64,000 nucleotides of DNA, taken from the IMG/VR virus record IMGVR_UViG_3300013121_000030, positions 170,245 through 234,244 of that record; one strand, 5' to 3'. This stretch comes from an uncultured virus (IMG/VR IMGVR_UViG_3300013121_000030). Its lineage: Duplodnaviria > Heunggongvirae > Uroviricota > Caudoviricetes. The notes beneath the pieces are model-generated. The model was not told the origin of the DNA, did no database searches, and worked only from the letters and a program-made list of their open reading frames with translations. The position numbers and the translations under genes were made by a program. Positions 39,650-47,324 of this stretch are shown here, one piece after another (position 1 is the first letter of the stretch; each line of letters begins with the position of its first letter).

Positions 39650-39737
39650 GGAAGGGACGCGAATGTTGGGTTTTCGCACTCGATTGGAAATCGAGCGTTC
39701 TCAAAAGGGACCGAGGGTTCAATTCCCTCCTCTTCCG
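39650..39737 (+). tRNA. tRNA-Ser(GGA)
   Basis: CTCGA-TTGGAAA-TCGAG, long variable arm, G73. Confidence 0.8.
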
Positions 39738-39894
39738 CAAGGTCTTCCCATTCGTATCATTGGAACCCCTCCTTGAAGCAGGGAGAGAGCTTCTGGTTAG
39801 CCTCATTTGACCAAGGTGGTTCGAGTCCACCACTTTCATGACTCTCGTATGAGGACGAGAGTGGGGAAAGATGGGTACGTTGGGAAGCCTCTAT

Positions 39895-39968
39895 CGCGGG
39901 ATAGAGCAGTCTGGTAGCTCGTCAGGCTCATAACCTGAAGGCCGCTGGTTCAAATCCAGCTCCCGCAA
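39895..39968 (+). tRNA. Initiator tRNA-fMet(CAT)
   Basis: C1xA72; TCAGG-CTCATAA-CCTGA. Confidence 0.92.
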
Positions 39969-39979
39969 TTCGTCGATCA

Positions 39980-40051
39980 GGGATATTGGTCCAGTGGTCA
40001 GGACGCTGCGCTGTCTACGCAGAAGCGAGGGTTCGATTCCCTCATGTCCCG
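39980..40051 (+). tRNA. tRNA-Asp(GTC)
   Basis: CTGCG-CTGTCTA-CGCAG, G73. Confidence 0.92.
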
Positions 40052-40198
40052 CAGCTTCAGTTCAGGTCTACCCTGTGTGACCGGGGTGAGAGGTCATGGT
40101 GGGTCTGCATATTCATCGTTCCGTTCGATTCGGATAGCGGCCGGGCGGCTGCGAAACAAACGCCGATGCAGAGGCGGTGAGATCTGAGCTGAGCGTTT

Positions 40199-40271
40199 GC
40201 AGGAGTAACTCAGTTGGCAGAGTGTCAGCTTCCCAAGCTGAATGTCGCGGGTTCGAGCCCCGTTTCCTGCT
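40199..40271 (+). tRNA. tRNA-Gly(CCC)
   Basis: TCAGC-TTCCCAA-GCTGA. Confidence 0.92.
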
Positions 40272-40280
40272 AGATCTTCT

Positions 40281-40354
40281 CGGAGTACGGGCTCAAGGTG
40301 GGCCGCCTGTTTTGGGAACAGGATATCAGGAGGGTTCGATCCCCTCTACTCCGA
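40281..40354 (+). tRNA. Atypical tRNA-Pro(TGG)
   Basis: C1:G72; CCTGT-TTTGGGA-ACAGG; C8 and non-standard D arm. Confidence 0.75.
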
Positions 40355-40356
40355 CT

Positions 40357-40422
40357 GTTCGGATGCCCCTGGGGGATTACATTCTTTTGGTGAACTGCAC
40401 ATCTCCCAAATATTTGCCGAAC
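40357..40422 (+). ncRNA. Y-RNA-like element 2 (short; Gln TTG anticodon-like loop)
   Basis: GTTCGGATGC...GGGGATTACA-TTC-TTTTGGT-GAA...TTTGCCGAAC. Confidence 0.65.
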
Positions 40423-40426
40423 AAAC

Positions 40427-40498
40427 GTCCGTATAGCTCAATGGATAGAGCAACGGTCTACGGAACCGAAGATCCAGGTTCGAGTCCTGGTATGGACA
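40427..40498 (+). tRNA. tRNA-Arg(ACG)
   Basis: CGGT-CTACGGA-ACCG. Confidence 0.92.
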
Positions 40499-40500
40499 CT

Positions 40501-40582
40501 GCCTCGAATGCTGTAGAGGACTACATTGAAAACGTCCGACTAACCCTCGGATAGAAGTGTCTTCTCAATCTTTCGTCGAGGT
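40501..40582 (+). ncRNA. Y-RNA-like element 3 (short; TTGAAAA Phe-like loop)
   Basis: GCCTCGAATGC...GAGGACTACA-TTGAAAA...TTTCGTCGAGGT. Confidence 0.65.
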
Positions 40583-40586
40583 GTTA

Positions 40587-40660
40587 GCGCGTGTAGCTCA
40601 GTTGGTTAGAGTGCTGTCCTGATAAGACGGAGGTCGCAGGTTCAATTCCTGCCATGCGCA
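40587..40660 (+). tRNA. tRNA-Ile(GAT)
   Basis: CTGTC-CTGATAA-GACGG. Confidence 0.93.
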
Positions 40661-40664
40661 CTGT

Positions 40665-40790
40665 CCTGGATGCTCGATGGGGTTTCATTTCGTCTGAACC
40701 ACGAGAGGACTGGGTTCGAGTCCCAGCGGTCGGGAAACTGGCTGTGGTGTAAAGGTAGCACAAAAACAAGTCTCATCACACTTTGCCAGG
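40665..40790 (+). ncRNA. Y-RNA-like element 4 with a circularly permuted tRNA (GAA)
   Basis: ASL TTCGT-CTGAACC-ACGAG, T-arm CTGGG-TTCGAGT-CCCAG, acceptor CGGTCGG-GAAA-CTGGCTG, D-arm GTGT-AAAGGTA-GCAC. Confidence 0.8.
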
Positions 40791-40795
40791 CATCT

Positions 40796-40867
40796 TGGTG
40801 TGTCGTCCAAAGGCTAGGACGTCGGTTTCTGACACCGCGAATGGGGGTTCGAGTCCCTCCACACCAA
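40796..40867 (+). tRNA. tRNA-Gln(CTG)
   Basis: U1:A72; CGGT-TTCTGAC-ACCG. Confidence 0.9.
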
Positions 40868-40889
40868 AGGATTCTCAGGGTTTAGACAC

Positions 40890-40962
40890 GGGCTGGTAGC
40901 TCAACTGGCAGAGCGGCGGACTCTTAATCCGTAGGTTGAGGGTTCGACTCCCTCTCAGCTCA
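40890..40962 (+). tRNA. tRNA-Lys(CTT)
   Basis: GCGGA-CTCTTAA-TCCGT. Confidence 0.93.
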
Positions 40963-40967
40963 CACAT

Positions 40968-41038
40968 GGTCTCATGGTCGATTGGTCAGGCGGCAGTCTG
41001 CAAAACTGCATAAGGGGGTTCGATTCCCCCTGAGACCT
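40968..41038 (+). tRNA. tRNA-Cys(GCA)
   Basis: GCAGT-CTGCAAA-ACTGC, U73. Confidence 0.9.
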
Positions 41039-41040
41039 CA

Positions 41041-41113
41041 GGGCGCATCGTCTAACTGGCGAGGATAGGAGGACCTCACCCTCCAGATGCGGGTTCGATC
41101 CCCGCTGCGCTCA
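41041..41113 (+). tRNA. tRNA-Glu(CTC), with C33 instead of U33
   Basis: GGAGG-ACCTCAC-CCTCC. Confidence 0.8.
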
Positions 41114-41115
41114 CA

Positions 41116-41253
41116 GCTCGGATGCTGTAAGGGAATACATCAAACCGCGGGTCGCAGGTTCAAGCCCTGCCCCCCACAATCGACGTGGGGGTAGCTCAGT
41201 TGGGAGAGCAGCGGTCTTGCCGTCAGGCATATTCTCTTCGATTTTCGCCGAGT
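41116..41253 (+). ncRNA. Y-RNA-like element 5 (YrlA-type; tRNA opened in the anticodon loop)
   Basis: ACCGC, T-arm GCAGG-TTCAAGC-CCTGC, CCCCAC-loop-GTGGGG, D-arm GCTC-AGTTGGGA-GAGC, GCGGT. Confidence 0.8.
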
Positions 41254-41258
41254 CACTA

Positions 41259-41332
41259 CGGGATGCGGGCTCAAGGTGGGCCGCCTGTCTGGGGGACAGG
41301 ACATCAGGTGGGTTCGATCCCCATCATCCCGA
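41259..41332 (+). tRNA. Atypical tRNA-Pro(GGG)
   Basis: CCTGT-CTGGGGG-ACAGG; same body as 40281. Confidence 0.75.
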
Positions 41333-41334
41333 CC

Positions 41335-41461
41335 GCCGAATGCTTTGAGGGAGTACATCCATTGGGCGGACGAGGACCAGGTTCGACTCCTGGCCTCCCC
41401 AAATGTGGGGAGGTAGTGTAACGGATAGCACGCGAAAAATCCTCTCTCTACTTTTGTCGGC
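41335..41461 (+). ncRNA. Y-RNA-like element 6 with a circularly permuted tRNA (TGG)
   Basis: GCCGAATG 5' motif; TCC-ATTGGGC-GGA, T-arm, CCTCCCCA-AATG-TGGGGAGG, D-arm GTGT-AACGGATA-GCAC. Confidence 0.8.
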
Positions 41462-41467
41462 ACCTAT

Positions 41468-41544
41468 CGGAGTACGGACTCAAGGCGGGTCGCCTGTTTC
41501 GGGAACAGGATATCAGGAGGGTTCGATCCCCTCTACTCCGACCA
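41468..41544 (+). tRNA. Atypical tRNA-Pro(CGG) with encoded CCA
   Basis: CCTGT-TTCGGGA-ACAGG; same body as 40281. Confidence 0.75.
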
Positions 41545-41555
41545 GTAATCTCCAT

Positions 41556-41639
41556 GGAGGGATGGCCGAGAGGTAAGGCAGCGCTTTGCTACAGCGTCGT
41601 CTGGTACAGCCAGCGGGGGTTCGATTCCCTCTCCCTCCG
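41556..41639 (+). tRNA. tRNA-Ser(GCT)
   Basis: GCGCT-TTGCTAC-AGCGT, variable arm. Confidence 0.9.
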
Positions 41640-41645
41640 CACCTT

Positions 41646-41730
41646 GGAAGGGCAAGCCAATGGGCGATGGCGCCGAACTCGAACTTCGGTGAGCGTAACT
41701 GCCTTGTGGGTTCGACTCCCACTCCTTCCG
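41646..41730 (+). tRNA. tRNA-Ser(CGA)
   Basis: CCGAA-CTCGAAC-TTCGG, variable arm, G73. Confidence 0.8.
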
Positions 41731-41734
41731 CAAG

Positions 41735-42130
41735 GAATGCTTAGACGCCTGTGGATTGGGGTCAGCGTCGTCCACAGGGGGCCGACTTTGAGTCTGAAAA
41801 TCTCAACGAGGGATTTTCGGGCTTGCACGTTCGGTGGTGTCTCTCCGGGGGCAAGCCATAACGGCCCTGAGGTGCAGGTTCTCTTAGTGGAACAACACAC
41901 TTCGAGGAGAGACCACTGGTGCCAACGAACCCACATTATTAGTGGGAGCGAGCTTTCTGCTAGGCTCTCCAGAGTGCTGTAGGGTGAACCGACTGCCTCA
42001 ATAGGTTGGTGACGATGGTGGAGAGACACCTGAGATCAGGTCTCGTGGAATCCGTTATTTTTATAACGGTGCTTGTAAGTGGCTCGCAAGTGAGGTCTCT
42101 TAAAAGGGATCACTCCAAGAACCTGAACTT
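41735..42130 (+). ncRNA. Unidentified ~400-nt structured RNA region
   Basis: Many hairpins; long-range CAGGTTCT/AGAACCTG pairing; no credible ORF. Confidence 0.5.
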
Positions 42131-42135
42131 TTTTC

Positions 42136-42264
42136 TGCGGATGCTCGAAGGGGTTTCATCACTGCCAATGACGAGTTCCAGGTTCGATTCCTGGCTCCCG
42201 CAAACGTCTGCGGGAGTAGTTTAAGGGTAAAACGCGATACGATCCTCTTCACTTTTTTGCCGCG
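42136..42264 (+). ncRNA. Y-RNA-like element 7 with a circularly permuted tRNA-Gly(GCC)-like module
   Basis: TCA-CTGCCAA-TGA, T-arm CCAGG-TTCGATT-CCTGG, CTCCCGCA-loop-TGCGGGAG, D-arm GTTT-AAGGGTA-AAAC. Confidence 0.8.
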
Positions 42265-42270
42265 GATTCT

Positions 42271-42342
42271 CGTGGGGTAGCACAATGGTAGGGCAGGGGC
42301 CTCATAAGCTCAAGGTTGCGGGTTCGATTCCCGCCCTCACGA
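42271..42342 (+). tRNA. tRNA-Met or Ile2 (CAT)
   Basis: GGGC-CTCATAA-GCTC. Confidence 0.85.
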
Positions 42343-42349
42343 CTCATCT

Positions 42350-42423
42350 CGGAATGTAGCGCAGTCTGGTAGCGCGCCTGTTTTGGGTACAGGAGGCCGA
42401 GGGTTCGAGTCCCTCCATTCCGA
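42350..42423 (+). tRNA. tRNA-Pro(TGG), canonical
   Basis: CCTGT-TTTGGGT-ACAGG with a standard D arm. Confidence 0.93.
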
Positions 42424-42424
42424 C

Positions 42425-42664
42425 TTATTTCCTCCAGAATCGAGTCACGCGAATCTTGGCGGCTTTGTGGAGAGCATCAGCGTTTTGGTCCAGAAGTTTT
42501 CGGATCGCTTCCAGCTCCCGATAATTTTTGGCATTACGATGCCAACACAGGTATTCAAGGTGTTCGGCTTTCAGCCATCCCACCTGAGAATCCTCGTGCG
42601 AAGCAAGGATTGCTCGCTGTTCAAGAGCAAGGTTCTCTCTCTCGTGCAATGTCTTCACATCCAT
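42425..42664 (-). CDS. Small antisense ORF inside the tRNA cluster
   Basis: 79 aa with GAAGG RBS upstream. Confidence 0.45.
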   Translation of the reverse strand: MDVKTLHERENLALEQRAILASHEDSQVGWLKAEHLEYLCWHRNAKNYRELEAIRKLLDQNADALHKAAKIRVTRFWRK

Positions 42665-42685
42665 GGCACCTTCTTACCCTTCCGA

Positions 42686-42760
42686 TCGGGGTTCGTCTAG
42701 TCTGGTCTAGGACGGCAGATTTTGATTCTGCTTACCGGGGTTCAAATCCCTGACCCCGAA
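42686..42760 (+). tRNA. tRNA-Gln(TTG)
   Basis: GCAGA-TTTTGAT-TCTGC. Confidence 0.92.
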
Positions 42761-42766
42761 TCTCTT

Positions 42767-42838
42767 GCCCCAGTAGCTCAATGGCAGAGCGCCCGGCTGT
42801 TAACCGGATGGTTGTAGGTTCGAGTCCTACCTGGGGCG
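42767..42838 (+). tRNA. tRNA-Asn(GTT)
   Basis: CCGG-CTGTTAA-CCGG, G73. Confidence 0.92.
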
Positions 42839-42870
42839 TTTGGTGCTCTTCTTCGATCTGTGATTCCGCT

Positions 42871-42943
42871 GGCCCCATCGTCTAGCGGCCTAGGATGCCG
42901 GTCTTTCACGCCGGTCACGCGGGTTCGAGTCCCGCTGGGGTCA
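42871..42943 (+). tRNA. tRNA-Glu(TTC)
   Basis: CCGGT-CTTTCAC-GCCGG. Confidence 0.92.
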
Positions 42944-42954
42944 AAACTCGTCAG

Positions 42955-43006
42955 GGCCCGCGTCCTTCCTCCCTCCGAAACGAAAGGACGCGGGCCATTC
43001 CTTTTT
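42955..43006 (+). terminator. Intrinsic terminator of the tRNA cluster
   Basis: GGCCCGCGTCCTT...AAGGACGCGGGCC followed by a T-run. Confidence 0.7.
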
Positions 43007-43058
43007 AAGGCACACTACAGTGTAGTTGGCAGGACCACGTGCTACACTGGGGTCACAC

Positions 43059-43631
43059 ATGACTCCCAGTGATATCGTTCGTATGCGCCGTGGGCGCGTG
43101 TACTCCGCCGCCAATCGAGACCTCATCCTGAGCAATCTTCCGCAGATTGCCAGAGCGGTGATCGATGGTCCTCCCCCCACGTGGGGGGATTTCCTGGACT
43201 GGGCGGACGAACCCTCCCTGGAGGTCTTTCGGCCCTTGGAAGGCCAGCCGCTCCGCCTGAAATCCGCCTTCATCGCTGCCGAGAGACTTGTGGATGCCTT
43301 TGATCACAAGTCCCTTGTGGATCACGAGGGGGTGCGCGTTTGGAGGTGGAAAAGTCCTGTCAATTGGGTGAATGCTCTTCACATTGCCCTCCAGGCCCTT
43401 CGAGATGCTGTTCTTCTCTATCAAGGGCGTGCGAAGTGGGTGTCATACCGTGACACGGCCATCAAAGTCCCCTCCCCCTGGGAGGCGAGTTTGTGGCCGT
43501 CGTTGGGATGGGGGGATCTTGGGCTGGGTTCGGATGTGGAGGCGGTCCTTTTGCGGGGAGAGATCCCCGAGAGGGTTTGGGATTGGGATGATCCCAATGG
43601 ATGGCATGGCTTCAACGACAAAACCGCATGA
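43059..43631 (+). CDS. Hypothetical protein
   Basis: Promoter motif 43020-43048 upstream. Confidence 0.6.
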   Translation: MTPSDIVRMRRGRVYSAANRDLILSNLPQIARAVIDGPPPTWGDFLDWADEPSLEVFRPLEGQPLRLKSAFIAAERLVDAFDHKSLVDHEGVRVWRWKSPVNWVNALHIALQALRDAVLLYQGRAKWVSYRDTAIKVPSPWEASLWPSLGWGDLGLGSDVEAVLLRGEIPERVWDWDDPNGWHGFNDKTA

Positions 43632-43869
43632 TCCGGAAGAACAATGAACTTTCGGGAAGCTAAGCGTCGCGTCCTCCATGGTGCTGCCACCATTCTTGAC
43701 GACGGTGGGTTCAACACCTGGCTGTCCCAGGATTTGGATGGGAGTGCCCTGTCCGAGGAGGACGAAGAGAGAATGCAGAGGGCGTTCCGGGAGCTGGTTG
43801 ACGAACTTCGGGAGCGAGCTGGACGCCTCAACTACAAAAAAGTGTAACTTATCTCCTGGCGTGCTATCT

Positions 43870-44352
43870 ATGGAGAGAACGATGCTAACTGACCCGAACT
43901 ACGAGGTGGCTCCCACAGGGTGCTTCCGCTGCAAGGATTGCGGCAGAACGGGCGCTCGCCCAGGCTCCGCACTCAAGCATGCGCGTTCATGTGACCTCTT
44001 CCCCAACCAGCTCGCTGGCCCCAAGGTTCAGGATGAGGCAGAGGAGAAGGGGGTCGCAGCCGTGCATGCGGGTGGTGTCTGCACCTGGACCAAGGAGGAT
44101 GGTCGGTGGGTGGTCACGGGACCTGAGCAGCTCCTCAGGGCTGCCCAGGTCATGGTGCAGGCCAAGGGCAAGCCCGCAGAGCAGATCGAGGTCACGAACC
44201 TGCGCCAAGTGGACGGGCGGTGGATTGCGGACAAGCGGCGCTCTCCTTCAGCAATTCAGGACCAAGTCTCCCCCGTCAGCGACGATGCCGTGTTCGAGGC
44301 GTTCCGGCGGGGGGAGATTAGCATGTCGGACGCGATGAACCGCGACTTCTGA
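43870..44352 (+). CDS. Zn-finger-like hypothetical protein
   Basis: CKDC...H...C; promoter motif 43842-43870; start uncertain. Confidence 0.5.
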   Translation: MERTMLTDPNYEVAPTGCFRCKDCGRTGARPGSALKHARSCDLFPNQLAGPKVQDEAEEKGVAAVHAGGVCTWTKEDGRWVVTGPEQLLRAAQVMVQAKGKPAEQIEVTNLRQVDGRWIADKRRSPSAIQDQVSPVSDDAVFEAFRRGEISMSDAMNRDF

Positions 44353-44353
44353 G

Positions 44354-45190
44354 GTGTTCTTCCCCATGGAAACTAAGACTGCAGCAATCAGCTTCCAGGA
44401 CGACTCCACGGTCCTCTATGTGATGGGGGAGGCGACTTTTTCCCTTCGGAGGGATGGTCGTCTTTGTGTCACGTTGCCCCCCAACAGCGGCTACCTTGTC
44501 GCTCGGGGAGGCCTGAACACCAAGTTTCTCCTTCACAAGGAGGATGGGGAGGTTCTTCGGGGCGATTGGGATGGGATCTATACGCTTGAGGTGACAGCAG
44601 TGGTGGCGGTGAGGGGTTTGGCGAAGCTTGGTGTTTCGGTGGCGCTCCTCCAGGAGGGCAAGGTTCCTCAGATGTGGGTTTTCGATGGAGAACTTCGTCG
44701 CGTTGCCACGGACATTGGGGACGCGGTGGCAGAGGCTCGCAGCCTCCTCGCTGAGGCTGGGAACGAAGAAACTGAGGAGGAGGGGGTTCGCATCTCGGAT
44801 TTTGTAACTCTTCCACGTGATGTGGTCCGACGCTACAATTGTGGGATTGGCCCCATCACTCTGGTGAAAGAGTATCCTCCGTCGACTGAGGAGCCTCCCA
44901 AGGCTCCTTGGGGGTACCACTATGAGTGGGAGACGTTTGGGGTGGGGCGCCGCGTCACTCAACGGGATCTTGCTGTGGTGGAGATTTTGCGTCGTGCGGA
45001 TCGTGACCTCTATGGGAGGGTTGCTCCTCTTCTGGAGATGATCGCGGGGGTAAGCCGGCACGAGACGGGTGGGGCTGTGTGGCAGGAGCTTCGGCTTCGT
45101 GCAGATGTGGTCTCGGAGCGGGAGGCGTACTTCCAGAAGAGGGAATCTCTCCGCGGGGAGGTCGAAAAGCCCAATCCTAATCGGGATTGA
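44354..45190 (+). CDS. Hypothetical protein
   Basis: 278 aa ORF. Confidence 0.55.
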   Translation: MFFPMETKTAAISFQDDSTVLYVMGEATFSLRRDGRLCVTLPPNSGYLVARGGLNTKFLLHKEDGEVLRGDWDGIYTLEVTAVVAVRGLAKLGVSVALLQEGKVPQMWVFDGELRRVATDIGDAVAEARSLLAEAGNEETEEEGVRISDFVTLPRDVVRRYNCGIGPITLVKEYPPSTEEPPKAPWGYHYEWETFGVGRRVTQRDLAVVEILRRADRDLYGRVAPLLEMIAGVSRHETGGAVWQELRLRADVVSEREAYFQKRESLRGEVEKPNPNRD

Positions 45191-45737
45191 CCGAGAACTC
45201 GTCACACCTGTACTGAGTGCGACGAGTGGGGTCCCAGAGACCTGGGAGATGGGCCTTGAAGGTCTCGTATCCGAAGGTCGTGGACACGAGGGACGAGAAT
45301 CCAACAACTTCGTCCCACTCGTTCATCCAGTCTCGAAGATCGCAAAGGCCGCAACAGGAGTGGAGGCTTTCCCACATACTCCGAGCCTTTTGTTTGGTTA
45401 TGAATTTCATCCGACGAGCTTCTGTGATCTCGCGGGATAGGGACTTGATGGACTCGGCTTCCAAGATTTGGACGGGGTAGCCGAGGCACAGCTTCTCGGC
45501 AATGTAGCTGGGGTCGTGACGCACGACTCGATCAACCCAGGCGAAAAAGTCTGAGGTCTCGTCGGAGCGCCAGGATGACCATCCATGGTGGCCGCAGACA
45601 TCATCCACAGAGAAGAACATTTCGCCATATGTGCCTTCCTGGCGGAGGACAGCAGCAACCTGGAAGCCCTGGGAAACCCACGAGAGATATCGAATTCGCA
45701 TGGGTTGGATACCCGGAGTTTCTTCTATTCCCTCCAT
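45177..45737 (-). CDS. Hypothetical protein
   Basis: DPSYIAEKL-type phage protein. Confidence 0.45.
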   Translation of the reverse strand: MEGIEETPGIQPMRIRYLSWVSQGFQVAAVLRQEGTYGEMFFSVDDVCGHHGWSSWRSDETSDFFAWVDRVVRHDPSYIAEKLCLGYPVQILEAESIKSLSREITEARRMKFITKQKARSMWESLHSCCGLCDLRDWMNEWDEVVGFSSLVSTTFGYETFKAHLPGLWDPTRRTQYRCDEFSVNPD

Positions 45738-45777
45738 TGAGGGATGGTCTGGGTTGTAGTGGTGTTCTTGTCAGTGG

Positions 45778-46701
45778 TTGTTGGGTGGGTCGAATATTTT
45801 GTTGAAAGGGCTGGACAATCCGCCAGAAACAGATTATCCAAAAAGAAGAATGGTTGAAATCGTTTCCGCGGTGAGGGAACCTCAGTTCCTTCCATTTCAA
45901 GATCTGAACCACATTTTTGTGGTGCCTCGCCCTCAAGAGACCCAAGTAGCCCTGGAGGTGGAGGTAGTCTTCCAAGGATTCCTCAAAGCTCTTGTTGAGG
46001 TGGAGGTGGAGGCAGTTTTTCAAGGTCTCCTCAAAACCATCTCCATCAATGAGGTCGAGAAGGTTTACCAGGACTTTCTCGTCGGGGTGGAGGTGGAGGG
46101 GGTTTTTCGCCAGATTGAGAGAGGTCAGGAACGCTTGGGGATCGACCTCAAGACCAGGGGGCATGAGGTTCGGAAACTCATGTTTGCGGGGTTCTCAACC
46201 CTGATCCACAGCCAGGGATATGATCCTGAGGAAGTGCTCCAAGAAGTCTACATGGGGATTGAGGTCAGGAATCGCGGAAAGTGTCCTTGGGATCCGCGAA
46301 TTTCTTCGTTTGGTCATTATGTTCATATGGTCATTGGGTGCATCCTGCGAAACTATCACCGAAAAGAGAGCGTGAGACGATCTCATCTGGTAATGGAATC
46401 CTCTCTCGAAAATCAGAACGAAGATTTTTTGGGCGTGGACTCATTGGCTTCGACGAGTGGGTCGGAGATCCTTCCTGAGGAGTCCTTGATGTGTGCGACG
46501 CAGAATCTTGCAGAGTACATGTCCTCCTTCCAAGAGGAGTTGTTGGTCCCCAGTCTCCAAATCATGCCTCATCTCCTCTCTGGGAGGACGAGAGAGGAGA
46601 TGGTGGGTCTTACTGGCTTTAGCAAGTCGTTGGTGGGTCGTTGTGTGACTTGGATTCGGGATCGAGCTGCGGAGTGGGGTGGTCGAGTATCCAAGGCATG
46701 A
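45778..46701 (+). CDS. Phage sigma70/ECF-like sigma factor
   Basis: Region 2 EEVLQEVYM...WDPRISSFGHYVHMVIGCILRNYHRK; region 4 HTH GRTREEMVGLTGFSKSLVGR. Confidence 0.7.
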   Translation: MLGGSNILLKGLDNPPETDYPKRRMVEIVSAVREPQFLPFQDLNHIFVVPRPQETQVALEVEVVFQGFLKALVEVEVEAVFQGLLKTISINEVEKVYQDFLVGVEVEGVFRQIERGQERLGIDLKTRGHEVRKLMFAGFSTLIHSQGYDPEEVLQEVYMGIEVRNRGKCPWDPRISSFGHYVHMVIGCILRNYHRKESVRRSHLVMESSLENQNEDFLGVDSLASTSGSEILPEESLMCATQNLAEYMSSFQEELLVPSLQIMPHLLSGRTREEMVGLTGFSKSLVGRCVTWIRDRAAEWGGRVSKA

Positions 46702-47324
46702 AAGAGGGCCTCTTCCGTGTTCAAGCATCCATAACCTTTTACGTTTGGGCCTCCTGTGAAACGGAGGCTGAAGAGATCGCAGAAGATGAGCTGGTAACGG
46801 GAGGGGTTTGGGAAGGTGAGGATGTCCAGATTGGGGCAGAATCGGTCTCAGCGTGGGAAAACGACCCAGAGATGATTCCAATTTCCCGGACTTGTCCGGG
46901 GATTACACTTGGGAAGTTGAGGGAAGGAGATTCGGAGAGCCTTCTGGCGAATCTTTTTCCCCTGTCTGTCACACAACAACCCCCAGTGCGCCACAGAACC
47001 CCAGCTGGGGAACTTGCAGTCTCGTATGGAGAAGGTTTGGTGGTGATCTACCACCTCCAACGAGCCTCCGAAGAGAATCCAGTGTGGTCGGGTCAGGCGG
47101 AGTTGGTGGGTCTTCCAACGACAACTTCCGAAGACTTTGACTTTGGTCTTTTGGATGAAATCATCCAGGTGCTTCTGAGGCACTTTCCAAAGTCCTCTCC
47201 TCAAGAGACGAGCCAGAGGACCTTGGCCATGGAAGGGGGAGCTGTGTTGGAGGTGCGTGGAGGTAGATTCTGGACAATCTATCTGGCTTCGGAGAAGCCA
47301 GGGTATGAGGAGCATGATCGTTGA
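46698..47324 (+). CDS. Hypothetical acidic protein upstream of cas6
   Basis: ATGA-coupled to the sigma gene; overlaps the cas6 start. Confidence 0.5.
   Translation: MKEGLFRVQASITFYVWASCETEAEEIAEDELVTGGVWEGEDVQIGAESVSAWENDPEMIPISRTCPGITLGKLREGDSESLLANLFPLSVTQQPPVRHRTPAGELAVSYGEGLVVIYHLQRASEENPVWSGQAELVGLPTTTSEDFDFGLLDEIIQVLLRHFPKSSPQETSQRTLAMEGGAVLEVRGGRFWTIYLASEKPGYEEHDR

Noticed and set aside
36825-42285. ORF-track calls overlapping the tRNA/ncRNA cluster and CRISPR arrays
   Set aside because: They are shadow ORFs over RNA genes or repeats with no protein motifs
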